From assembly GCA_032718475.1 (NCBI GenBank), contig JAUCBJ010006774.1, positions 81,326 through 145,325 on the forward strand: DNA of 64,000 nucleotides. Reading direction: 5' to 3'. Source of the DNA: Nemertoderma westbladi (Eukaryota; Animalia; Xenacoelomorpha). Positions 1 through 10,392 of this stretch are shown here, in pieces (position 1 is the first letter of the stretch; the number at the start of each line of letters is the position of its first letter). The notes under the pieces were generated by a model that saw only the letters and a list, made by a program, of their open reading frames with translations, had not been told where the DNA came from and did not search any database. The position numbers and the translations under genes are program-made.

Positions 1-1622
1 CTTATATAATCAGTGTTAGCCTTTGAGTCATCGAATGTCTATAATTATTTATTATCTTTCTTTTACGATGTTATTTATATCTCTTATAGATTTTAAACCA
101 TTTCGACATCAATATTAATCAAAATCCCTCCACCGCAGAATGTTGATTCTCATTTTCACTCCTAATTTTCACTTTATTTCATTCAATTACATAAATCGAA
201 TAGATATTAATTTGATATTTAAAGATATCGCGCCACTAACTCATAATCACTTCCGCTGAGATTTATTTGTGTTTTATATATTTGAACGCTCTACTGCGTG
301 GCTCGCCCCACATAAAAACAACTTGTTTATAATTATATCACAACCGAATAAATTTATTAAATCAACTTATTTTCTATATATATAGTAAATTGTGGTAATT
401 CGTTATTATTATATAATTATTTATGGTTTTCTTGTACTTATTATAATTTGGTGTGGTTGTTTGTTGCTTTGTGAAAGTTTGTGGATTAAATAGCGAAGTT
501 TATAATGTTGTTTATTCATGTCGATTTATATGTGTAAGCTGAGTAAATACGGTAAAAACGGATGTAAAAACTATTATATTATTATTGATTACGCGGTGAC
601 CCATTAGTCAAGTAAATCTAGAAAGAAAGAAAGGGTAACCCAAAACTAATTAGCGAATTATCAGGTAAGTTTATTAATTGCCAATTGGGGCGGCGTTTAT
701 TCGAGGGGGGCGTTTATTCTGGGAAGGCGTTTAGGTTACAAATTGTGTGGTTCGAATATTCTAGATTTTTAGTATTTTGAATCTATATACCCTAATAAAG
801 AATGTTGTTAAACAGACTGACAGACGGACACGACATTTGGCCCTACATATTAATGATAGTTGTTTATCGCAGTAATTGTGTATCTATGGGCATCGCTCAC
901 AAATCGTGGCTCGCCCCACATTGTATTATTATTAAACGCCGCCCCAGTGTAGCGTTGTAGCGTTACAGATATGGACGTTTATGCTTTCTATATTGACTTT
1001 GTTAAACATAAATGCTTCCCAAATGAGATTGCCTTGTCCTTTGTATGTGATATTTGGCCTATATATGTTAGAAACCCTGTAGATTCTAAATATATCAAAA
1101 CTGTAAACCTACAGTTACTACTTCAGATTCTAGACGTAAATGTTACAGATGTGACATAAAAAATGAAAATTCCATACCCATTTTATGTCTCGATCTCAAA
1201 TGGTTCAATATGAATATTATGGCCTGAAATATATCGGAAAAGAAAGCAAAACATCTAAGCTTCCCAACAATATATAGGTTTCCTATATATTTGCCACTTG
1301 GGGTGATAAAATTTACAGTTGTTTGTGGTCTTGTCATGTAAGGGACAACTGATTTTCACGATATTTCAGTCTTTGATGGGGCATATTTTTTGACTGCCTT
1401 AACAGATTTTCATAATTTTTTATGCGTAAGCTGCGCAAATAAATTAGCTACAGAATAATATATAACTTTATTACATTCGAATAAATTAAAGCATTTAAAA
1501 TTATATCTTAACTTCCGGACAAACCATTGGCCACTTTTAAGCTTATTGACCCCGGGGCGTTTATTCGGGGAAGGCGTTTATTCGGGAAGGCGTTTATACG
1601 GGGAGACGTTTCAGTTGCTAAT

Positions 1623-2448
1623 TTAAAGGTAAATTAATTCGGGGGGGGGGGGGGTAATTTGTGTAAATGTGTAAAATCATTCGAGATCGATAACACAACT
1701 ATCGGTTTTGGTGCTTGTCTGATGGGACGAAAAATACAAGTAGCATAAAATTTCAAACGTCAAAAAATGTAATTCGGTTTAATAATACGATATTCTCGAG
1801 TGTCATATTCGTGAACAGCATCGCAGAAAACCCATAAATATCATAAAATCAGATTGATTTGGTAATGATTTTTGATTATCAAATTTGTGCTACTTGTACA
1901 GTATTTTTCGTGCCACACATTGGCACATATCCAAAAATTATCTAATCAACAACGTACGATATATTTCAATGTCATACGGTACTGTATTCGTGATCATCGT
2001 CCCAAAAACCCATAAAGATCATAAAATCAGTTTTACTTCGTGATGGTTTTCATTGTCATATTTGCAGAACTTGGTTTTTCTCTTTCCCCAGGGTGCACGT
2101 TCAAAATTTATAAACGAATGTTATATTTTAGTTCTATATACGTGATCAGCAACCAAAAAACCACTATATACCGCAAATAAATTTGCTATTTTAGTGAGCC
2201 TTAAAAACTTTTGACAATTTTTGCATGAACAATACTCGAGATGGGTGCCAGAAAGGGACCACAGCACGAAAACTAACATCAGTAGCAATATATTTGGCGT
2301 TTGCGCGGTGGGATAGCCCATTGAATTTTGGGAAAAGTCAGAAAATTTATGTTTCCAAACAAATCTGGCATAAAGATACAGATGAATTACAAAAAAATAT
2401 TTAAAATGACCCCCCCCCCCCCCCCGGGCCAAATACTGTAAGGTTAAG
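1623..2448. mobile_element. Degenerate non-autonomous DNA transposon remnant (TTAA-bounded, G-run/C-run ends)
   Basis: TTAA...poly-G-TAATTT at the left and AAAATGA-poly-C...AAGGTTAA at the right form imperfect inverted ends. An internal degenerate repeat (ATTCGTGA...AAAACCCATAAA.ATCATAAAATCAG) occurs at ~1808 and ~1987. Confidence 0.35.
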
Positions 2449-2600
2449 AATTAAAGTTAAGTAAAAGGAATCCGCGATCACCATTGTATTCTTTCAATTC
2501 TATCATTTGTATCAAATAAATTCGTCTGTCCCTTTATAAAAGATCTTCGTAAGCTTTGGCTTGGATGGTTAGCAGGACTTGGTAGCTAAATGCGACTGCA

Positions 2601-3999
2601 TGCGCGAGTGGGGCCCCCCAAGTGTGCAGGCGGAGTGAGACGGCGTCTTCAATGCGCGAGTGGGGCCTCGCAAGTGTGCAGGCGGAGTGAGACGGCGTCT
2701 TCAATGCGCGAGTGGGGCCTCGCAAGTGTGCAGGCGGAGTGAGACGGCGTCTTCAATGCGCGAGTGGGGCCTCGCAAGTGTGCAGGCGGAGTGAGACGGC
2801 GTCTTCAATGCGCGAGTGGGGCCTCGCAAGTGTGCAGGCGGAGTGAGACGGCGTCTTCAATGCGCGAGTGGGGCCTCGCAAGTGTGCAGGCGGAGTGAGA
2901 CGGCGTCTTCAATGCGCGAGTGGGGCCTCGCAAGTGTGCAGGCGGAGTGAGACGGCGTCTTCAATGCGCAGGCGCAGTGAGACGGCGTCTTCAATGCGCG
3001 AGTGGGGCCTCGCAAGTGTGCAGGCGGAGTGAGACGGCGTCTTCAATGCGCGAGTGGGGCCCTGCAAGTGTGCAGGCGGAGTGAGACGGCGTCTTCAATG
3101 CGCGAGTGGGGCCCCGCAAGTGTGCAGACGGAGTGAGACGGCGTCTTCAATGCGCGAGTGGGGCCCTGCAAGTGTGCAGGCGGAGTGAGACGGCGTCTTC
3201 AATGCGCGAGTGGGGCCCCGCAAGTGTGCAGACGGAGTGAGACGGCGTCTTCAATGCGCGAGTGGGGCCTCGCAAGTGTGCAGGCGGAGTGAGACGGCGT
3301 CTTCAATGCGCAGGCGCAGTGAGACGGCGTCTTCAATGCGCGAGTGGGGCCTCGCAAGTGTGCAGGCGGAGTGAGACGGCGTCTTCAATGCGCGAGTGGG
3401 GACCCGCAAGTGTGCAGGCGGAGTGAGACGGCGTCTTCAATGCGCGAGTGGGGCCTAGCAAGTATGCAGATGGAGTGAGATGGCGTCTTCAATGCGCGAG
3501 TGGGGCCCCGCGAGTGTGCAGGCGGAGTGAGACGGCGTCTTCAATGCGCAGGCGCAGTGAGACGGCGTCTTCAATGCGCAGGCGCAGTGAGACGGCGTCT
3601 TCAATGCGCAGGCGCAGTGAGACGGCGTCTTCAATGCGCGAGTGGGGCCCCGCAAGTGTGCAGACGGAGTGAGACGGCGTCTTCAATGCGCGAGTGGGGC
3701 CCTGCAAGTGTGCAGGCGGAGTGAGACGGCGTCTTCAATGCGCGAGTGGGGCCCCGCAAGTGTGCAGACGGAGTGAGACGGCGTCTTCAATGCGCGAGTG
3801 GGGCCTCGCAAGTGTGCAGGCGGAGTGAGACGGCGTCTTCAATGCGCGAGTGGGGCCCCGCAAGTGTGCAGGCGGAGTGAAACCGCGTCTTCAATGCGCG
3901 AGTGGGGCCTCGCAAGTGTGCAGGCAGAGTGAGACGGCGTCTTCAATGCGCGAGTGGGGCCTCGCAAGTGTGCAGGCAGAGTGAGACGGCATCTTCAAT
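2601..3999. repeat. GC/CpG-rich minisatellite, 52-bp unit with 30-bp variant units
   Basis: Unit TGCGCGAGTGGGGCCTCGCAAGTGTGCAGGCGGAGTGAGACGGCGTCTTCAA (~24 copies) is interspersed with 5 copies of TGCGCAGGCGCAGTGAGACGGCGTCTTCAA. Confidence 0.97.
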
Positions 4000-4586
4000 C
4001 AATCAAACTTATTTTATTATATTAATAATGTAATAATCAATACACCCGAAATGAATACACCTTAACATGAATAATATTGATTAATTTACAAGAAAAATAT
4101 ACGGTAAGATAAACAGAGATGAGATTTAAATTTCCCACCCAACCGGTAACTATTAGCAGCCAATGAACAGTGAGCTACAAGTTGCAGCTAATTTCCATCC
4201 CCACTGTCCAATAATATCCCAGCTCAACCTGATGTTGATATAACAGAATGCAGGGCTTATTGGTGGAGGTTCTGGCTCTGGTGCACTAGAAAAACCAATA
4301 TCCTGCTAGTATTATATTTACAATTTATCATTTAACAAAAACAGCACATTTATATGTATTACTCTATTTTATTGTTTAAAAATATAAAATGTTGTTTTAT
4401 ACCACTGGCTTACCATAATATTGTTGTGTCAATCTTATCTTCTAAACCATGCGAACGCAGTGTAATATGTACCGTTTTTCTGTTTTTTTGTACTGGTACT
4501 TTTATTACAGTTAATTACAAATCATTATCATATAGGCTATAATATAATTATCATATCATTAGGCAACACTGATAAACTCAAATACA

Positions 4587-7500
4587 ATGGAATCCCTAGA
4601 TAATGGTATTATAGTCTGCCCAATATGTTCCCAAACAATAGAAAACTCTTCAGACTGCGTTGAACACATCAATATGCAACATAATGGATTCAACTACTTC
4701 AAGGATTTCTTGTACAAAACAGGAATACTGCGAGCCAAAGATGATGGAATTTGCGAATGCGAAATTTGTCACATTGAATTTAAAATAAAACAAATTGGCG
4801 GCCAACTTCTTAATGAAATACAACTTATTCGACATTTTTTTGTTCAACATTTCAAGACATATGAATTGAACTGTACCACTGAAGTTGATTCCAGCGCAAA
4901 TAAATTCCCTAAGAGAAACGGTCTGCTTCGATTGAAAGAAACAACCTGTGATAACGCCGACTATAACATAGCTTATGAAGGGGAGAGGAGCCATCATCGT
5001 GGTCACTCAACAAACGTTATTAGTCGAGGAGGAAACAATATGTGTAATATAAGGAAGTTGGGGGTATCAATAATTAAAAAGCCCGCACCCATTCTCATTA
5101 GGCCAAAGAAATCAGGAACCATTGTGTCTATGACAGCGCCACTTAGCGGTAATGTTCCCGGGAGTCCACTATTAAATTGTGAACCTAAAGCAGAAACATA
5201 TAGTGGTAATATTCCTAAGGGATCTTTACCAATAGCTGCTAATGGCAAGTCTAGTTCCAGAAGCATCTCCCACGCTGTCGCAATTAAACCAGTAAATGTT
5301 ACCTCAGGTGATCAACTTATTCATTATTCTTCCGTGAATCGATGTCACTCAACTGTCACTCAGCTATCTGTATCAAACCCTGGCACATGTACCATCACAA
5401 CTGTAGTACCATATAACCAAATTATACCAATACCCACCCCATCAGTAGTACCAGTTATCCAAACTATACCAATCCCTTATACCACCCCATCTAGACCTTT
5501 AGTACCAGTTAACCCAACTATACCAATCCCTTATACCACCCCATCTAGACCTGTAGTACCAGTTAACCCAACTATACCAATCCCTAGCACAATAGCATCT
5601 GTAACGTCTATAAAGCGATCATCTCATCACCTCAAAGTCCCATCCACAACTTTACCGAATATAAAACCAAAGCCAATCAGGAACGACGGGAGACGACTGG
5701 GTCCCGCTCCAGTAAAACTAACTGACTCAACCGTAGATCAATTGAATAATTATTCATTAATTCCAGTAACATCTATGTCACCCGTAATATTATCGAGACA
5801 AACATTGAAGACAAAGTTATCTGCAACAGTAAGTTTCCCACCATCTATACTGGGGAGAATAAATAATTCGTTAAGTGTCCCACCATCTATACTGGGGACA
5901 ATAAATAATTCGTTAAGTGTCCCACCATCTATACTGGGGACAATAAATAATTCGTTAAGTGTCCCACCATCTATACTGGGGACAATAAATAATTCGTTAA
6001 GTGTCCCACCATGTATACCAGGGACAATTAATTCTTTAAGTGTCCCACCATGTATACCAGGGACAATTAATTCTTTAAGTGTCCCACCATGTATACCAGG
6101 GACAATTAATTATTTAAATGTCCCACCATGTATACCAGGGACAATTAATTCGTTAAGTGTCCCACCATGTATACCAGAGACAATTAATTCGTTAAGTGTC
6201 CCACCATGTATACCAGGGACAATTAATTCGTTAAGTGTCCCACCATGTATACCAGGGACAATTAATTCGTTAAGTGTCCCACCATGTATACCAGGGACAA
6301 TTGATTCGTTAAGTGTACCATTATCTGTAGCGGGGACAAATAATTCATTATCTGTAGCAGTGAATGCCCCACCATCTGTAATTGAGACAAATAATTCCTT
6401 ATCTACCAAACCACATGTCCCCCCACTCCCCTCATTTAAGTTACTCGCCCCTAAATATGTTTCACAACCACTAGAAACTCACCCAGAGCGCTCACAGGAA
6501 CTACTACAACCTCGTGAAACTCATCCCCCAGAGCGCTCACAGAAACTACTACAACCTCGTGAAACTCATCCCCCAGAGCGCTCACAGAAACTACTACAAC
6601 CTCGTGAAACTCATCCCCCAGAGCGCTCACAGAAACTACTACAACCTCGTGAAACTCATCCCCCAGAGCGCTCACAGAAACGACTACAACCTCGTGAAAC
6701 CCATCCCCCAGAGCGCTCACAGAAACGACTACAACCTCCTGAAACCCATCGCCCAGAGCGCTCACAGAAACTACTACAACCTCGTGAAACTCATGCCCCA
6801 GGTCGATCACATAAACCAGAGAAATGTCTGAATATAAGTAATATTAAGTCTGCAACAAACTACTCTTCTACCAAGTTAGAAATAAAAACATCGACTTTGA
6901 AACCAAAGGCTAAAATTGATAAGTTAAAACGATTACAGCCGATATTGACTTTGGATAAAAGATTTTATATCAATGTAACTGGAGCGGATGAGAAAAGAAA
7001 AAACAATAAAGTAAAGAAAAAAATATTATTGAGGGAAATACGAAAAAAACAAAAACCTAATATATCAACTCCAATGGTTAGTTCGCCGAGCGTCTCTACA
7101 CCAGCAAATAGAAATGGATTACGTTCTGGTAATGAAACTTTTACCACCAAATGTGTACCCTTGGTCAGCCAACGGGTGGTCGGGATATCCCCGAGTTCTA
7201 CCTTTTATAAACCAACGCAGTATCCCACAGTATATACTGCAAACGGAGTTAGGAAACCTCGATCTGGTATCGGTGTATCTAAGATTGGGATATCACGTAG
7301 AAATCAGTTTCATACGCGCAAAGAATCCCGGTACAGACGATTAGCTACAATCCTACGCTGTGGCCAACGCCTCACTAAATCATATCGGATGATATCAAAC
7401 ATCGACTCCTGCGGTACAATACAGCCCCCATTCAGTCCCGCTATCCCAGACACCGCAGTCTCTACTAGAGCTAGAAATACACCGGAAATGGTCACCAGTG

Positions 7501-7718
7501 AACACTCTTATGCGAAGCAGCCCAAGTTAGCTATCGACAGACACTCGACACTGTTATCGCTCGATAGAAACGCGACAATGGTTTCGGGTGAGAGACAACC
7601 GACACTGATTTCGGTAGACCGACACCATTCAGACGCTGGTATTCCCGAAGATAGTTATCTCATACAGTCACCCAGACGGAGGAAACAACAGTTAACTTCT
7701 AGACTAGGACTGGGGTAA
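4587..7718 (+). CDS. C2H2 zinc-finger protein with a long S/T/P-rich low-complexity region (single ORF or a giant exon 4563-7714)
   Basis: 1043-aa open frame in AT-rich DNA. CPIC-x12-H-x4-H is a canonical C2H2 finger; CEIC...HFFVQH is a second, longer-spaced finger. Basic NLS-like patch KRKNNKVKKKILLREIRKK. In-frame acceptor CATTAG|GCA at 4562/4563. The stop overlaps a possible donor GG|GTAACT (7714/7715). AATAAA at ~7897. Confidence 0.8.
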   Translation: MESLDNGIIVCPICSQTIENSSDCVEHINMQHNGFNYFKDFLYKTGILRAKDDGICECEICHIEFKIKQIGGQLLNEIQLIRHFFVQHFKTYELNCTTEVDSSANKFPKRNGLLRLKETTCDNADYNIAYEGERSHHRGHSTNVISRGGNNMCNIRKLGVSIIKKPAPILIRPKKSGTIVSMTAPLSGNVPGSPLLNCEPKAETYSGNIPKGSLPIAANGKSSSRSISHAVAIKPVNVTSGDQLIHYSSVNRCHSTVTQLSVSNPGTCTITTVVPYNQIIPIPTPSVVPVIQTIPIPYTTPSRPLVPVNPTIPIPYTTPSRPVVPVNPTIPIPSTIASVTSIKRSSHHLKVPSTTLPNIKPKPIRNDGRRLGPAPVKLTDSTVDQLNNYSLIPVTSMSPVILSRQTLKTKLSATVSFPPSILGRINNSLSVPPSILGTINNSLSVPPSILGTINNSLSVPPSILGTINNSLSVPPCIPGTINSLSVPPCIPGTINSLSVPPCIPGTINYLNVPPCIPGTINSLSVPPCIPETINSLSVPPCIPGTINSLSVPPCIPGTINSLSVPPCIPGTIDSLSVPLSVAGTNNSLSVAVNAPPSVIETNNSLSTKPHVPPLPSFKLLAPKYVSQPLETHPERSQELLQPRETHPPERSQKLLQPRETHPPERSQKLLQPRETHPPERSQKLLQPRETHPPERSQKRLQPRETHPPERSQKRLQPPETHRPERSQKLLQPRETHAPGRSHKPEKCLNISNIKSATNYSSTKLEIKTSTLKPKAKIDKLKRLQPILTLDKRFYINVTGADEKRKNNKVKKKILLREIRKKQKPNISTPMVSSPSVSTPANRNGLRSGNETFTTKCVPLVSQRVVGISPSSTFYKPTQYPTVYTANGVRKPRSGIGVSKIGISRRNQFHTRKESRYRRLATILRCGQRLTKSYRMISNIDSCGTIQPPFSPAIPDTAVSTRARNTPEMVTSEHSYAKQPKLAIDRHSTLLSLDRNATMVSGERQPTLISVDRHHSDAGIPEDSYLIQSPRRRKQQLTSRLGLG
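5830..6320 (+). repeat. Coding tandem repeat (42-bp then 39-bp units: SLSVPPSILGTINN / SLSVPPCIPGTIN)
   Basis: Frame-preserving repeats inside the zinc-finger ORF. Confidence 0.9.
6474..6800 (+). repeat. Coding tandem repeat, 45-bp unit (QPRETHPPERSQKLL, ~7 copies)
   Basis: Frame-preserving repeats inside the zinc-finger ORF. Confidence 0.9.
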
Positions 7719-8045
7719 CTAACCAACCGTGTCTCGCGTAACCTCAGCAACCGATTCTCTCCGGTAACCTTAGCAACCATAACTCGGGGAACCTTATCAA
7801 CCGTCTCTCACTAAATCATATTAAAAACCCTGCAATCCGTGTAATTTTTCCGTGGTGCGAATATTATTAATAATTTAAGTTATAGATTATAACAATAATA
7901 AAGAATAATGTAATTAACTTTCGTAGCCGGAACAGGATACTTTAATCCACAAACATATTTATACATTTTATACAAATTCTGTACAAATATTGACCAATGT
8001 TTTTTTCCTAAAAAAGGTAAATCCCCCCCCCCCCCCCCCCCCTAA

Positions 8046-10234
8046 CCCTAATCCGACCGGGGGGGGGGGGTAAATTTACCCCACCCTGTTTTTTTGTCAT
8101 GCATCTCGAAAATTTGTACACCTGTTGCCTTGAAACTTTTTGACTTTTAATATTTTTCTATTTGCAACATTTCGTGAAAGTTTCGCGAATTTTAGGCACC
8201 TCAAAATTTTGGTCTCTCAAATTTTTAATTCGAGCGGAGGGGGGGGGGGGGGGGTGTAAATTTTACCTGTTTTCTGTTTGTGGTCATGTTTATTGCTTTT
8301 ATCGAGTAAGGTTGATGCCTGTAGAGGTGAATAGTATCTCTAATAATCCCTTTGTATAATTTTTAAAGCACCCAAATATTAAAAGTGCAAGTAAATAGCA
8401 CTTTTCAAATTCTAAAGTCGAATTATCTCAATCACTTCTATATTTGGATATTTAGGTTTCCAAGGGTCCTGGTTCCGATCTCATTCATTATTTTCAATGA
8501 TTATGATGATTTGTCGGTTTTTGGCCTTGAGGCTAACTGAAATTTTTCAAGTATGAAAAATGTACCCTTGAGAAAATTAGAACGATACCGGTAAAACACA
8601 ATTTTTCTTGGTTTTCGAATCGGATTTCGGTTTATTGTTTATTTTATATTAATTACATAAGAGAAAATATTGTTTGTTTAGGCCAACTTGTAATTTTCCT
8701 TTTTGATGTGCTGCCAAAAATTGGTATTGGATCAGTTTCATTGAAAATAATCACTGCCATCGGAATCAGAACTCTTGAGAACCTGTTCGCGCTTTTAGAC
8801 CTTTAGCAGTTTAACCTGCCAAATTTAGGTGTCTTCTAGGTTATAAATCGACTTTAGCCTATAACAAGTATTTGATACACATAAAGTTACATTAGCCGAA
8901 GCCAGCCTATGCGCGATCATTCACCCACGGTTAAGGGAGACTGGATTCGGATGCTCTGACCTTATTGCGGTGTAGACCTACTGTACTATTCGATTGATCG
9001 TTAATATATAATCTCTGACAAATATTATTCACTTTCGGGAAATATTAACAGTTCCTTTAGGACGTGGCGCTCTAAGTATGTAAACAGAGTTATGACTTAC
9101 ACTAAACACAACGGGATGGCTAATGATTTACGTATAAAGCGCATTCTTTAGGAAATGCTTTGTTATCTATCACACTCATGCACACTACCGCACACTGCTG
9201 CACACTGATCTGCCGTCCTTCACTAAATTTGATCATATATAAGGAGAACAGCAACTGACACATGTAGGGTCTATGAAATAGCATTCAATTCACTCCAAAA
9301 CCACTATAATGTAAGTCGCAATTGCTATATGTAACCGGTCTCTCTAACCTTCAGTATATCAAGAAGATTGGGGTTTTATGATTATTTATCGATATTCTCC
9401 AAATATAACAACATTCCATCAACTGATAACAATTAATAACCGACAGTAAATAGCAGTAAAATAATGCGGTGTTTGTATGTGATCAGGTTTGACAATATGA
9501 GCAGTTTGTGATGTTTTGGTTGATAACAGTTATACGTTTCTATGATCAAAGCCGTTCTAATGTTTGGCTAAAGTCTGAAACACAGAATAATTCCACAGCC
9601 GATGTTCTGGGCTCAGGAAAAAAGGTAAACAAAGACCATAATGCATTGCGCGATTTCCCGGAGGCTTCTGTGCAAATAAAATGAAAATCGCTCTGATTGG
9701 TCGAGTGAGTGAGCCTGAACAAAGAAAGCCAAAAGCTCCACATCGACATATCAGCTGATAGATGTCGTCATCTGAACTACACTGTATTAAGAGTATTTTG
9801 GCGCATTGCGGCATAAAATGGCTTGTTATGTCCGCTAAAGTACACATACAGAAAAATGGCTTTTTATGTCCACTAAAACACCTACACAGTAAGAAAACGG
9901 CTTTTTATGTCCGCTAAAACACCTACAGAGTACTTTGCGGGGAAAATGACTAGCTAGATCCGCAAAAGCCTTTACAGAACCTAAATAGAAACAAATTTGA
10001 CTTATTCTCTAAGTATTTTTTTTTTAATTTGAAAATTTTACTAGTAAATTTCGTGTTTGGGTAATATTCGTTATGTTGCAAATATATAAAAATTATAGTT
10101 CAGAAAGTTTCGGCCAAATAGCTGCTCAGATTTCGAGATACTCAGCATTACATTTGGTGGGGTAAATTTAACCCCCCCCCCCCCCCACCGTACATTACCC
10201 CCCACGTAAATTAAAAAGCCCGGTTGAAATAGGG
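8046..10234. mobile_element. Non-autonomous TIR DNA transposon with piggyBac-type ends (TTAA site, CCCT termini)
   Basis: Left CTAA|CCCTAATCCGACCGGG versus right CCCGGTTGAAATAGGG|TTAA (imperfect TIR). The subterminal palindrome GGGGTAAATTTA(A)CCCC occurs near both ends. No transposase ORF. Confidence 0.7.
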
Positions 10235-10392
10235 TTAATGCTCCTACTACTGTACTACGGTAAAATGTGTGTTTTCAATACCCGGGAACCAGAGACCTAT
10301 CGAGAGACCAAAAAATAGCCCGGAGAATCCAGAGATCAGAGAACAGAGACAGGTTTCTGTTACAACTCTAAGTTACTATGGTTACTATGTGC

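Noticed and set aside
2534-3724. Short ORFs in the 52-bp array
   Set aside because: The unit length is not a multiple of 3, and the ORFs are repeat artefacts.
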